Part shown: one piece after another, positions 1-10,590 of the stretch
How the letters are laid out: each line of letters opens with the position of its first letter
Numbering within the stretch: the stretch's first letter is position 1
Assembly: GCA_043819555.1 (NCBI GenBank)
Contig: JBDREQ010000063.1
Location: 32,001 to 96,000 of the forward strand
Source of the DNA: Candidatus Zixiibacteriota bacterium
GTDB taxonomy: Bacteria; Zixibacteria; MSB-5A5; GN15; JAAZOE01
Direction of reading: 5' to 3'
Length of the DNA stretch: 64,000 nt
Position numbers and translations under genes: made by a program
Notes under the pieces: model-generated
Database searches by the model: none
Told to the model about the DNA's origin: nothing
Seen by the model: the letters and a program-made list of their open reading frames with translations, nothing else

Positions 1-698
1 ACAATCACAGCCGTGCCGACCATCCCATGCGACATCGAGATAAGCGTTTCCTGCACTGTCGCCGATTTTTTGACGAGTGGAATCTTATCACCGGTGCGCA
101 TCACATCGGAAACCCGGAGCAGCAGCCGCCGCCCAAGCGATCCACCGGGATGCAGCTGGGCAAAATCATCCTGAGTGAATCCCCGCTGCTGGAGAAGAAC
201 CACCGCCAGGGCATCGCCCATTACTCCCGCCGCGGTGGCCGATGAGGTCGGAACAAGATTGTTGGGGCAGGCTTCGTTGGGAACCGAACAATCGATAACA
301 ATATCGGCCCTCTGCGCCAGAGGCGAATCGGTTTCGCCGGTCAGGACAATGATTTTAATTTCCAACCGTTTGAAAGCCGGAATAATATGGCGCAGTTCTT
401 CGGTGCCGCCTGATTTGGATATGGCGATGACGATATCCTGATTGGTAACGATGCCCAAATCGCCGTGTATGGCCTCCGCCGGATGGAGAAAAATAGCCGG
501 CGTGCCGGTTGATGAAAACGTCGCCGCGATTCTCTTGCCGATTATTCCCGATTTACCCATGCCGGTTACGATCACCCGGCCCGATGTTTCGAGAATGGCT
601 TTGACGGCCATCTCAAAATTTTCATCCAACCGATCTACCAGTCCGGCGATGGCTTGTGATTCCTTGAGAATGACATCTTTGGCGGTTTTGAGAATCAT
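1..698 (-). CDS. kdsD: KpsF/GutQ arabinose-5-phosphate isomerase (SIS+CBS), truncated by the window edge
   Basis: Not in the ORF track. Manual translation from the ATG at 698 gives MILKTAKDVILKESQAI...GRVIVTGMGKSGIIG...HPAEAIHGDLG...LHPGGSLGRRLLL. ATGA overlap with the kdsC stop. Confidence 0.93.
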   Translation of the reverse strand, partial: MILKTAKDVILKESQAIAGLVDRLDENFEMAVKAILETSGRVIVTGMGKSGIIGKRIAATFSSTGTPAIFLHPAEAIHGDLGIVTNQDIVIAISKSGGTEELRHIIPAFKRLEIKIIVLTGETDSPLAQRADIVIDCSVPNEACPNNLVPTSSATAAGVMGDALAVVLLQQRGFTQDDFAQLHPGGSLGRRLLLRVSDVMRTGDKIPLVKKSATVQETLISMSHGMVGTAVI

Positions 699-1246
699 TT
701 CGTAAAATATTCAATCGGTTTTTTACCGATTGCCTTGAAATACAGTTCAATAATTTCCCGCACAGCTCCCTGCCCGCCGTCGTATTTGGTAATGTAGTCA
801 GCGACACTTTTTAAGTCATCATGAGCCGACGCCACCGCGATTCCGATTCCGGCGGCCCGCACGAGAGTCATATCCATAATATCGTTGCCGATAAATACTG
901 TTTGTTTGAGGTCAAAGCCAAGCTTTTTCTTTTTCAAATAATCGCCGACGATGCGAGCCTTGTCACCGTGAGATTGGATGACGTGTTTGACTTTCAGGTC
1001 TTTCATGCGCGAAGTCGTAGCCGGGGAGGGGCGGTTGGACATAATTATAATCTCGAGCCCCGACCGCATCGCCAATACTATTGACAGTCCATCGCCGATA
1101 TGAAATTTCTTGAGCTCAAATCCGTCGGCGCCCACATAAATATGGTCATCGGTCAAAACGCCATCAACGTCAAGAATGATGGCTTTGATTTTTTTCAAAC
1201 GCAAAGTTAGTTGTCGTGTAGTGAGATATTTCTTTTGGGTCGGCAT
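695..1246 (-). CDS. kdsC: KDO-8-phosphate phosphatase (HAD family)
   Basis: DVDGVLTD HAD motif I, FIGNDIMD, GGQGAVREIIE; lies between kdsA and kdsD. Confidence 0.93.
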   Translation of the reverse strand: MPTQKKYLTTRQLTLRLKKIKAIILDVDGVLTDDHIYVGADGFELKKFHIGDGLSIVLAMRSGLEIIIMSNRPSPATTSRMKDLKVKHVIQSHGDKARIVGDYLKKKKLGFDLKQTVFIGNDIMDMTLVRAAGIGIAVASAHDDLKSVADYITKYDGGQGAVREIIELYFKAIGKKPIEYFTK

Positions 1247-2044
1247 CTATTTTCCAGCAATCTCCAAAATCTGTTCCAAAAGAGCGGGCATCTGATCGAG
1301 TGGCAGTTGCGTCGCCGAATCCGATTTGGCCCGCGACGGTTCCGGATGCGTTTCGACAAACAGACCATCAATGCCAACCGCGGCGGCGGCCCGGGCCAGA
1401 GAAACGATAAACTGCTTGTCGCCCCCCGAATAAGTCCCCATCCCGCCGGGACGCTGGACTGAATGAGTGGCATCATAAACAACCGGATAACCGAAACTGC
1501 GCATAACCTTAATCGAACGAAAATCGACGACAAGATTGTTGTAACCAAAAGTCGTTCCGCGTTCGGTCAGCATGATTTTCCTGCCGTTCTTCCCGGCCCC
1601 TTTTTCGGCGGCTTCTTTCATATTCTCCGGCGATAAAAACTGCCCCTTTTTAATATTGATCCATTTGCCGCTTGCGGCCGCCGCCCGGATAAGCTCGGTC
1701 TGGCGACACAAAAAGGCCGGAATCTGCAAAACATCAATATTCTTGACCAGATCGATTTCGCTCGTTTCGTGTATATCAGTCAACACGGGGAGGTCGCATT
1801 CAGTCCTAACCTTTTCGAGTATGCCAATTGCCTCGCCATCGCCGATGGTGGCAAAGGATTGTCCTGATGTGCGGTTGGCTTTGCGATACGATGATTTATA
1901 AATCAGCGGGAGTTTGAGCTTTTCGCACAGATTTTTCAGATATTCTGCCGTCTCGAACGTCGTCTGTTCATCTTCGACGACACAGTTCCCGGCAATAAGA
2001 AAGAAATTCTTCCCGATTCCAATTTTATCAATCAATTCACCCAT
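1247..2044 (-). CDS. kdsA: KDO-8-phosphate synthase
   Basis: KSSYRKANRTS, LQIPAFLCRQT, NIKKGQF, ERGTTFGYNNLVVD, DATHSVQRPGG; start taken at ATG 2044. Confidence 0.95.
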   Translation of the reverse strand: MGELIDKIGIGKNFFLIAGNCVVEDEQTTFETAEYLKNLCEKLKLPLIYKSSYRKANRTSGQSFATIGDGEAIGILEKVRTECDLPVLTDIHETSEIDLVKNIDVLQIPAFLCRQTELIRAAAASGKWINIKKGQFLSPENMKEAAEKGAGKNGRKIMLTERGTTFGYNNLVVDFRSIKVMRSFGYPVVYDATHSVQRPGGMGTYSGGDKQFIVSLARAAAAVGIDGLFVETHPEPSRAKSDSATQLPLDQMPALLEQILEIAGK

Positions 2045-2234
2045 AGACGGGAAATATATATTTATTCTCTCCGAGTGGCAAGTGGGAAAGCGGGGCAATC
2101 TAAAACACTAATATATTGAGGAAATACCACCTTTTTCAATTGTAGTAATTCCAACACATATCGCTAAATTTCAAAGTAATTTACATCATAAAATTGCGTC
2201 TACTTATAGGCATAATTGTAAATTAACACGGTAT

Positions 2235-2462
2235 TTAAACAGTTTGTCGAACGCGAGAAACATATTCCAAAATACCTTTTAATCCAAAGTGCCTTTCCCC
2301 TTGTGGAAGTTCAATAAAAGGCATCCTAAAATAATTCGCTGCAACTTTAGGAACAGCCATTACCTTTACTCGAAAACCGGGGAGTGATTCTAATTCTGAT
2401 AAGGCATTTTTATTTTCAGATTCATCAAGCCCGACAAAGAGCATCAACATTTTAGATTCCAT
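2235..2462 (-). CDS. small hypothetical protein, possibly a Cys-free thioredoxin/glutaredoxin-like fold
   Basis: Strong RBS AGGAGGT (2474-2480). RMPFIELPQGERHFGLKGILEYV resembles the cis-Pro/C-terminal part of Grx-like folds. Confidence 0.6.
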   Translation of the reverse strand: MESKMLMLFVGLDESENKNALSELESLPGFRVKVMAVPKVAANYFRMPFIELPQGERHFGLKGILEYVSRVRQTV

Positions 2463-2497
2463 TGTAATTTAAAACCTCCTAAATTATAGATATTTTT

Positions 2498-3734
2498 TTA
2501 TTCCGATAAAACCTTTTCAATGGCTTCATCTAATTCATTATATATTTTTGTTTTAGCCTCTGAGGGTATTGTGCCTCCCGTAACTTCCCCATATACCTTT
2601 TTGCATTCACCCTTTGTATCATGTTCGGGACTTTGCCAGATATGTATTGACAAATCTGTATTTCTCAATGCACAATCAATTTCAGCTTTCACACTTCGCG
2701 GTCTCTTATCACGGTACCAAGGATTAAGCACAAGAAGTCTTCTTGCTTGATTAACAAGCCGCAAATCACGAAATCTAATATCGGATAATATAATATCAAG
2801 GGCTCTTTCAACTTGGGTTTGCTTTAACTTAATATCATTGGGAATATCATTTTTTTTAGATAGGATAGGCCTATTTTTTAAAAAATCATCAATTATCCAT
2901 CTTAGTTTCCTATCAAATGAACTATATTTATCTTCGTCATTTTCATCTGCAGTATTGAGTTTTTTAAGAGGCAATTCATCAATAGTAAGGGGGTAGAAGA
3001 AGGAGGCCTCCGGCGTACCGGCTTCCAATTCAGAAACCCTATTTAGCCAAGAGTTAATTTCTTGGATGCCCGAAAAATCACCCGTGGCTTCCAATTCTCG
3101 AGGTTTTTTTATTGCATGAGAAACATAGATTCTTTTTTTTGTTAATTTTTCGCCGCTTAAAAGAGAAGTAATAGTTTTTACAGGGTGTTTTGTTGCCAGT
3201 AAAAAAATTAATTAATCTATTTTTCTCAGAAGAGAGTTGGTTCGCAATGATATCACCGACAATAGATTCTGCTCTTCTCGTTTCAATTAAATCAATTAGA
3301 GTCGGCCGAAGTGGGACGGCCGCATTCTCAGCACGGGATTCAGTACGATACCACATATCATAGACATCATCGATTAAGGTAATAATGTGTGTAAAACCAA
3401 TCTTTTTTAGAGGTTCAATCAAAACCGGAGATCTATTCGTAAAAAAAGGTCGCGCTAAAACAGCATGCATGGATATCATAATATCCGAGCTTTTGCTGAA
3501 ATCTTTTACAAGTTCGCCCCATGCAGAATTCCACAACCTTACCTGATCTTCTTCTTTTCCATCAAGGTAACGAAGAATATCTTCGGCAAATTGGCAGATA
3601 TAATCATGTTCGAAATCAATCACTTTAAGATCATTGCACGGCAACGTACCCTTTTTACCTTCTGAAACCATTACTTCCTGAACATACTTTTTGTCCACAC
3701 CAGTTGGACCAAGTAATAAAACTCTCATGGCCAT
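2498..3734 (-). pseudogene. frameshifted P-loop (adenylate-kinase-like) + nucleoside deoxyribosyltransferase-like fusion, ~411 aa if joined
   Basis: Removing one base from the A7 run at 3201-3207 joins ORFs 3078-3734 and 2498-3094 (…RLINFLLATKHPVKTITSLL…RIYVSHAIKKPRELEATG…). N-terminal GPTGVDKK P-loop; C-terminal RDLRLVNQ…SVKAEIDCA. Confidence 0.65.
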
Positions 3735-4045
3735 AACATTAAATCCTTCTCAATTATACGAATGATTTTTCAATTAAGTCCATCTCATATAAATATCAAA
3801 TTAGTTTTTTGAAAGATGATTGGCAAGGGACAATTCCTTTTTTTCCTTAATTTGCCCTAATTTTTATTTTTACGTTCTGTCGGCGGCAGGTTGCCCATCC
3901 GGACGGTCTGGTGGCCTACTACAACTTATTGCTGCTGGTTCCAGTATAGAGCCCTTACATTATTCTATCATATTCCCTGCTATTTCATAAATCACCCGCA
4001 CTTGTAAGATGGAGTGTATTTCAACTGTACAATTGTCCGTAGGCC

Positions 4046-4125
4046 GTAGGGGCTCGTCGCGACGAGCCCGCATAATTGAACTGTTGCGCATCCCTCGCGT
4101 AGCGACAACTCCAGAGTTGTCGCTA
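4046..4125. repeat. GTAG-type REP-like palindromes
   Basis: GTAGGGGCTCGTCGCGACGAGCCC and GTAGCGACAACTCCAGAGTTGTCGCTAC hairpins in intergenic DNA. Confidence 0.6.
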
Positions 4126-4150
4126 CACATCCACAATCTGTGCTGTAGTC

Positions 4151-4268
4151 GTAATCACCACCAACTTTATAGCGGATAACCAAAAATGACAGAACAAAGC
4201 CAATTTGCTGTAACCGATAATTATATATCGCATTACACTGAATTTTAAGAAAAGAAATGTGGATAACT
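4151..4268 (+). repeat. dispersed 118-nt intergenic repeat, copy 1
   Basis: Ungapped match to 62047-62164, 85/118 identical by hand count; core TGACAGAACAAAGCCAATTTGC; ends in TGTGGATAA. Confidence 0.85.
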
Positions 4269-4330
4269 TATGAAAAACGAATCAAAATCGACATTTGTTC
4301 GTGGGTGTCGTGCGTTCTCTTGCGCCAACC

Positions 4331-5217
4331 CTACCCCTTCTCCTTCAGCATAAACCGCAGGCCCAGGATGATCAAAACCGTGCTTGAGATGGTTAGAAGG
4401 GTTATCACTTCGTCGAAGAACAGCAGCGCCAAAATCGACACGAAGATCGGAACGAGGCTATAGACAAACGACGAAGTGCGCGTTGGGCCGATTTGTTCAA
4501 TGCTGAGATTATAAAAGAAGTACCCAATAGCTGAGGCAACGATGCCCATATACAAAATTGAGTAAATTACGATCGCCGATAGTTCTAATATTTGATGGTA
4601 AGAGTTTTCGATTAGCGACAGGGGCAAAAGAATAATCACGCCCCACATTGCCGAATAAAAAGTTATCGTGAAGCCGGAGTATCTCTGGATCAATCGTTTT
4701 GTGATAAGAGCGTACACCGTCCAGCTGAGGACGGCGCAAAACATCAACAGGTCGCCGTGATTGAAATCCATACCGGTTAGAATTGATAGTTGGCCTTTGG
4801 TAATTAGCATCATTACACCCGTGAGGAAATCAAAATACCGATGTAGTTGGACAGGCGCAGTCTCTCTTTCAAGAATACAGCCGCGGCGATGCCAATAACG
4901 ACCGGCCCGCAGGCGTTGATGATGGCAGTATTGGAAATTGCCGTATAACGCAGGGCAATATAGAAAAAGAAATGATACCCGATAACTCCGGTCAGTCCCA
5001 GAATCCCCATCGGGATTTGATCGCGCGCGGATACTTTAAGAGTTGATAATTTATATTTGAAGATAAACAGTGATAGAAACAAAAAGGCAATGATGTACCG
5101 AATCAATGTGATTGTCAGCGGCGGCAGTTCGCTGATGGCGTATTTACCGGCAATGAAACTCCCCGCAAACGTAAGCGAGGCAATTATCGGCAAGAATATT
5201 TTCCGGAAATCGGCCAT
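4331..5217 (-). pseudogene. EamA/DMT family transporter split by a 1-nt frameshift near 4823-4829
   Basis: The two ORFs are the two EamA halves. Adding one base converts GILISSRV* into GILIS(L)TGVMMLITKG. Confidence 0.8.
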
Positions 5218-5333
5218 CCCGCAAAGATATATCGAACAGCCCAAAAGAGCAATAAATTCACCCATGCTAAAATAGTGTTACGGCGGGTTGCCTTAAAGAA
5301 AAATAATTAGTAGCTTCGGTTATTAATGCAGGG

Positions 5334-6419
5334 ATGCCAATGAAATTGGAACTACTCATAGATTCAGAAAATTTCTGGGGCAGATTCCGCGAAGATATCG
5401 CGGCGGCCCGGAATGCGATTTATATTCAGACCCTGTCTTTTGAGGGTGATTCTGTCGGGCGGCGACTTTCTGGTTTGCTCAATGAATCCCATGCGGTCGA
5501 TAAGCGAGTTATTGTCGATTATTACACCCGGCATATTCTCAGCGATAAGCTGCTATATTCGCCCCGAAATTTATTTGATTCCGAATTACACAATGAGAAA
5601 AAAGAAACGGCACGGATGATTGATGAACTAAGGGAGTATGGCACAAAAGTTAAGTTTGTCAATCCATTTGGGCCGCTGTTGATACATATCCCCGCTCGCA
5701 ATCATAAGAAAATAATTATTATCGATGATGAGATCGCGTACATCGGGGGCATAAATTTCAGCGAGCATAATTTTGCCTGGCATGATTTGATGCTGAGAAT
5801 CAGGAATAAAGATGTCGTTGATTTTTTGAAAAATGATTTTATGATGTCGTGGGACAGGAAGCATTTTGGAGGCCGCGGACAATTTGACAATATTGAGATA
5901 TTCAGCTTTGACGGCATGGAAAATAAAAAATCATTCGAGCCGATCATGAGACTAATTGATAATGCGCACAAATCAATCTATGTCCAGAGTCCTTATTTGT
6001 GCTTTCCATTTTCCGATAAGCTGGCCGATGCTTCCGGTCGGGGGATTGACGTAACGATTGTCTCTCCCGCTCAAAACAATAAGAAAACTCTGCGCAAATA
6101 TATCGAATGGGAATCGGCCCGATCGGGATTTGATTTGCGGATGTATCAAAACCGAATGACGCATATGAAGGCGATGCTGATTGACGATGAATATTTAATC
6201 GTCGGTTCGTGCAATTTTGATTGTTTCAGCTATTATTTTGAACAGGAGATTATTGCGGTCATATCCGATGCGGATATAATTGGCGAATTCAAAGACAAAG
6301 TCATTGAGATTGATAATTTCAATAGCATCCCCTATGATGGCAAGGCAAATAATTTCTCCGGCCGCCTGCTCCGCTGGGAGATGCAGGCCGTCAACGCCAT
6401 CGCGAAAATATTTAATTAG
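5334..6419 (+). CDS. phospholipase D / cardiolipin synthase family protein
   Basis: Two HKD motifs: RNHKKIIIIDD…GGINF and THMKAMLIDD…GSCNFD. Confidence 0.9.
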   Translation: MPMKLELLIDSENFWGRFREDIAAARNAIYIQTLSFEGDSVGRRLSGLLNESHAVDKRVIVDYYTRHILSDKLLYSPRNLFDSELHNEKKETARMIDELREYGTKVKFVNPFGPLLIHIPARNHKKIIIIDDEIAYIGGINFSEHNFAWHDLMLRIRNKDVVDFLKNDFMMSWDRKHFGGRGQFDNIEIFSFDGMENKKSFEPIMRLIDNAHKSIYVQSPYLCFPFSDKLADASGRGIDVTIVSPAQNNKKTLRKYIEWESARSGFDLRMYQNRMTHMKAMLIDDEYLIVGSCNFDCFSYYFEQEIIAVISDADIIGEFKDKVIEIDNFNSIPYDGKANNFSGRLLRWEMQAVNAIAKIFN

Positions 6420-8509
6420 TCCGGGCAATCCGGAATCGGAGCCCCCTTAAAGATAAAGTTAATCATGAAAACGATATCGGCGACGTTTACTCTGCCGTCA
6501 CCATTAACTTCAGCGGCTTCCCAGCAATTTACCGACGGACCTTTTTTGAAAACAAGATTTATGAGATAGACAATATCGGTAACATTGGTCACTCCATCAT
6601 AATTGGCATCGCCGGCATTGACGCAGCAAGAAGGTAGATTTATTGAATAGGATGCCAGCCCATATTGATCGACAACAAAAGCATAGCCATCAAAAACCGC
6701 AATTGCTTGAGTTTCACCGGAAAATGTCTTTTCAGCGATTACTTTTGGCAATCCGGGATTTTCCATATTAATCAGGGCCATTCCATCGTTTCCAACCGCG
6801 GCAAAAATATAATTGCCATACGGCGTGAGACCGTTGACATCCGAGTCAAATTGAATTCCCGACACGCCGGTTGGCGCCGCCGGATTGGTCAGATCGAAGA
6901 CTTCAAACCAACCCTGACTATGTCCGGTAACCAAATAACCATTGTAAATGATGGCGTCATTATAAAAAGAAACATGCGTCTGCAGGGTATCAATGACAAC
7001 CGGTTCGCTGATATTAGAAATATCGACAATAATTATACCGCTGGAATTAGCATGATAGGCAGAATTCCCGTTCACAGCAACACCCCAGGTTATGCCTCCT
7101 GTTCTATACAAAGCTACTAATTCAGGATTGGCAGGATTGGTTATATCGAGAATAATACTATTGCCATGATTACCAGCCATGAAGGCATAATTTTCATGCA
7201 GCGTAATTTCCTGTGGGGAGCTGTAAGAGTAAAAACCAATCGGGGATGGCTCTTTGGGATTTGAGATATCAAAAACATACAAGCCATTATCATCATAAGA
7301 ACCCGAAGCGACATATAAATAATTATCCCTGAGTGTCAGCTCAAAAGCACCCCCTGTCAAATAATCTCCGGATAAAGCAACAGGATCTTCGGGATTTGAG
7401 ATATCAACAACATTTAAATCTGATGGTCCCAATGCGACATAGGCATACAAACCATTCGTGACAACACCTCGGAATCCCCAGCTTCTGGTATCGGGTATGT
7501 CAATATCTACATACACGTCAGGATTAACCGGATTGGTCAAATCATAAATATGAAAATATCGGTCATAGTCGCTCACCCCAATTTTATCGCCAAAAAGAGT
7601 AATGGCATATGCCGTTTGTGGAAGATGATTGACAATCTCGGGCGCAGTTGGATCGGAAATATCGATAATGAAAAATCCACCATCGAGACGGTACTGATCG
7701 TACAATCCGTTAGCCATATAAACAAAGTCTCCCATTATTTGAATCTGACTCGGGGAATGAGCGGTTGTATCGTAATTGAGATGGCCGATTTGCAGGGGAG
7801 CGAGAGGATTAGTAATATTAAAGACATACATGGCAGAATCATTACAGATATAAGCCAGAGTATCGTCAATAGCGGCCGAGCGGGCGTATGGAGGAACAAT
7901 AATGGTGTTGATGCTGTCAGGTTGAGCAGGATCGCTTATGTCGCTAATGGTTAATCCCTTAGAAATCAACGAGTATAACAGGGGAGTTGGATTTGTATTG
8001 TCAAATTGAATAATAGTGCCGGCAATTTCCCCAACTTGTACCGGTGAAAGAGGGTTTGTTATATCATAAGTAGTAATCTTAGACATTGAACCTGTCACAA
8101 ATGCATAGTTGTCATAGATTTTAATAGTCACAGCATATCCGAAATCCCAGCTAAATTCATTTACCTTCAGAGGCTCGGAAGCGTCGGATATATCAAACAG
8201 CTGAAGTCCGACGGTGTTGCAACACAGGAAGGCGTAATTATCAACAATTGCTATTCCCGTCCCCTTGCCCTCGTGAAGGAAATACTTCGATATCAGTACC
8301 GGATTATCAGGATCGGATATATCGAGAATCATCAGACCGTGCTGCATGGCGCAGAAGGCGTAATTGTCCCGAACACAAACTTCACTAACATGACTCCACA
8401 GCGTACTCCCGGCATAGACAAATTCAATTGAATCAGCCGGTTGACCGGAGGAAATGCCGAACAATGCAAAAACACAGAAGAGAATCCAGAAAATTCTTGC
8501 GATGAACAT
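6416..8509 (-). CDS. secreted LVIVD-repeat beta-propeller protein with C-terminal dockerin-like domain
   Basis: Signal peptide; many GLxIxDISxPxxP repeats; GDANYDGVTNVTDIVYLIN and EVNGDGRVNVADIVFMIN. Confidence 0.88.
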   Translation of the reverse strand: MFIARIFWILFCVFALFGISSGQPADSIEFVYAGSTLWSHVSEVCVRDNYAFCAMQHGLMILDISDPDNPVLISKYFLHEGKGTGIAIVDNYAFLCCNTVGLQLFDISDASEPLKVNEFSWDFGYAVTIKIYDNYAFVTGSMSKITTYDITNPLSPVQVGEIAGTIIQFDNTNPTPLLYSLISKGLTISDISDPAQPDSINTIIVPPYARSAAIDDTLAYICNDSAMYVFNITNPLAPLQIGHLNYDTTAHSPSQIQIMGDFVYMANGLYDQYRLDGGFFIIDISDPTAPEIVNHLPQTAYAITLFGDKIGVSDYDRYFHIYDLTNPVNPDVYVDIDIPDTRSWGFRGVVTNGLYAYVALGPSDLNVVDISNPEDPVALSGDYLTGGAFELTLRDNYLYVASGSYDDNGLYVFDISNPKEPSPIGFYSYSSPQEITLHENYAFMAGNHGNSIILDITNPANPELVALYRTGGITWGVAVNGNSAYHANSSGIIIVDISNISEPVVIDTLQTHVSFYNDAIIYNGYLVTGHSQGWFEVFDLTNPAAPTGVSGIQFDSDVNGLTPYGNYIFAAVGNDGMALINMENPGLPKVIAEKTFSGETQAIAVFDGYAFVVDQYGLASYSINLPSCCVNAGDANYDGVTNVTDIVYLINLVFKKGPSVNCWEAAEVNGDGRVNVADIVFMINFIFKGAPIPDCPD

Positions 8510-8649
8510 ATTATTACTCCCAAAAACCCTTGCGTAATATCACTTTGATCAGTATGTAAATTTAATACATTTCGCGATTTAAGCAATAAATAATAATGCT
8601 GCACTAAAGTGACATTGCATGACTATATATTAAACGATTCCTGAAATAA

Positions 8650-8679
8650 AAAAAGCCCCTGCGGCAAGAGGGGCTTTTT
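8650..8679 (-). terminator. intrinsic terminator after the S8 peptidase gene
   Basis: AAAAAGCCCCT-gcggcaag-AGGGGCTTTTT. Confidence 0.85.
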
Positions 8680-8700
8680 GCAAAGATATTTTATTTCAGC

Positions 8701-10581
8701 TTATTTATAGTCTCCATATTCGAAGCAGGGGCACGGCGGGGGCGGGCCGCCCTTAAATACAAGATTGATAATATAGGTGACATCGCCGACATTGGTATAA
8801 CCATCACAGTTGGCGTCGCCGGTCAACATATGCGGCATTGGATCAGGACCGCCTTTAAAGATTTTATTATTGATATATACGGCATCGCTGATATTTACAC
8901 TGCCGTCATTATTGGCATCACCGCGAGTAATCGACAGCATCGCCCGGTATGCGTCCACGCGTCCGTAACCATAATAATAATCAGGTGGTGTAATCGTACC
9001 TGATTCCAGTTCGGTAACGGCGGAATTTCTCAGGATATCATAGATTTGGTCAACTGTCAGGTTGGGTTTGCGGGCAAGGAGCAAAGACGCTATCCCTGAG
9101 ACAATTGGCGCCGCTGCTGAAGTCCCCCCAAAATGGCAATTGATATGCCTGTCGTTAGTCTGGAAAATCGGACAATTCCAACCGACAGAATATATACCGC
9201 AAGCTGAATCTATCATTGGATTATATCCGTTATCCCATTCCTGATCCAAAGTATAAACTTCCCCCTGAAGGCAAATATCACCGCTGGGAGCTACGGCGTC
9301 GAGCATTGAGCCAAATTGGCTGTAATCCCAGCGATCATCATATAAATCAATTGCGCCAACAGCAAATGTTTCCGGCAAACAGGCGGGATGACTAACGGTC
9401 CCGGGCAAATCAGGAGCCGAATTGCCAGAAGCAAATATGATTGCGCACCCAAGACTGTCTCTTCCTTCATAGTACGCCGCCCTAATAGCCAAATCAATCG
9501 GGGCGTCACCTAGGCACACTGCGCGTCCCCAACTACAGGATAAAATCTCTGCCCCATTTTGCCATGCAAAATTAATTGCTTCGGCAATTTCTGCGGATGT
9601 AGGAATATCATACTCTCCAAATATCTTGACGGGCATAATATGGGAATTAGGATTTAGAGAAAATACACCCGTAAATGTCATAGGATTATAATAGTATCCA
9701 CTATCGGTTGAATGAGAAGCTCCAATTATTCCCGCACAGCCCATACCATGAGCTGAGTATTGATCCGGTGCGGGATTATCATCCATATTTAAAAAATCAT
9801 ATCCAGCCGTAATCCTCTCGGATGGAAGATCAATATGGTCAGTTACCCCATCATCTATGACCGCAACCTTAATGGAATTCGTCAGCCCGGCGAAATCCCA
9901 AACCGTGTTTACATTCAACTCGCCAATTACTTTTTTTAAATGATCCTGCTTATTTCGATAGTAATCAAACAGGCTATATTCTTGCGGCTGGTAAATTCCC
10001 ATAAAATCGGGGCTGGCAAATACCGTTTCAATTCCTTCATGGAACTCATTAGCTATATCCAAAAGCCTCTTTTGGGTTGCCTTTGTTTTCTTTAGGAGCC
10101 AGACATTATCAAATCCATAAAGCTTGCGAACAACTTCAACATTATCTTTCACGCTCATTGAATTGATATCGGTTTCGGACATGAAATCCTCAAAACCGAC
10201 TACAAATGTTTCACCGACCGGCATCGGATAACCCTCAGAGTGATAATACGGTTCGGCAATCAATATCCAGTCAGTAAGCTCGAGAGAATCAAGAAAACTT
10301 CCCAAGTCTTCCTTATTGGATAAAGAGATTACCTTAAACTCTTCACATAACTGTTTATCATCAAGAAGACTAATCATACGCTCGTTAGATGTAATCAATG
10401 TTTCAATCGACTCTTGTGATAAATTTGGATTAAACTTCAGGACAATTTTATTTGAGTCAACCGAAAGTGGAACCTTTCCGTCAAGGTCATAATAATGCTG
10501 TGCCTTTGTTGATGAAGAATATATCATCAAAATTAAAGTAAATATAAATAAACTCATTCCCCTTTGCATAACAGCCTCCAT
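8701..10581 (-). CDS. secreted S8 subtilase with C-terminal dockerin-like domain
   Basis: Triad motifs VAVIDDGV, HGMGCAG, GTSAAAP; two GDAN dockerin repeats. Confidence 0.93.
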   Translation of the reverse strand: MEAVMQRGMSLFIFTLILMIYSSSTKAQHYYDLDGKVPLSVDSNKIVLKFNPNLSQESIETLITSNERMISLLDDKQLCEEFKVISLSNKEDLGSFLDSLELTDWILIAEPYYHSEGYPMPVGETFVVGFEDFMSETDINSMSVKDNVEVVRKLYGFDNVWLLKKTKATQKRLLDIANEFHEGIETVFASPDFMGIYQPQEYSLFDYYRNKQDHLKKVIGELNVNTVWDFAGLTNSIKVAVIDDGVTDHIDLPSERITAGYDFLNMDDNPAPDQYSAHGMGCAGIIGASHSTDSGYYYNPMTFTGVFSLNPNSHIMPVKIFGEYDIPTSAEIAEAINFAWQNGAEILSCSWGRAVCLGDAPIDLAIRAAYYEGRDSLGCAIIFASGNSAPDLPGTVSHPACLPETFAVGAIDLYDDRWDYSQFGSMLDAVAPSGDICLQGEVYTLDQEWDNGYNPMIDSACGIYSVGWNCPIFQTNDRHINCHFGGTSAAAPIVSGIASLLLARKPNLTVDQIYDILRNSAVTELESGTITPPDYYYGYGRVDAYRAMLSITRGDANNDGSVNISDAVYINNKIFKGGPDPMPHMLTGDANCDGYTNVGDVTYIINLVFKGGPPPPCPCFEYGDYK

Positions 10582-10590
10582 TCCCTTAAA

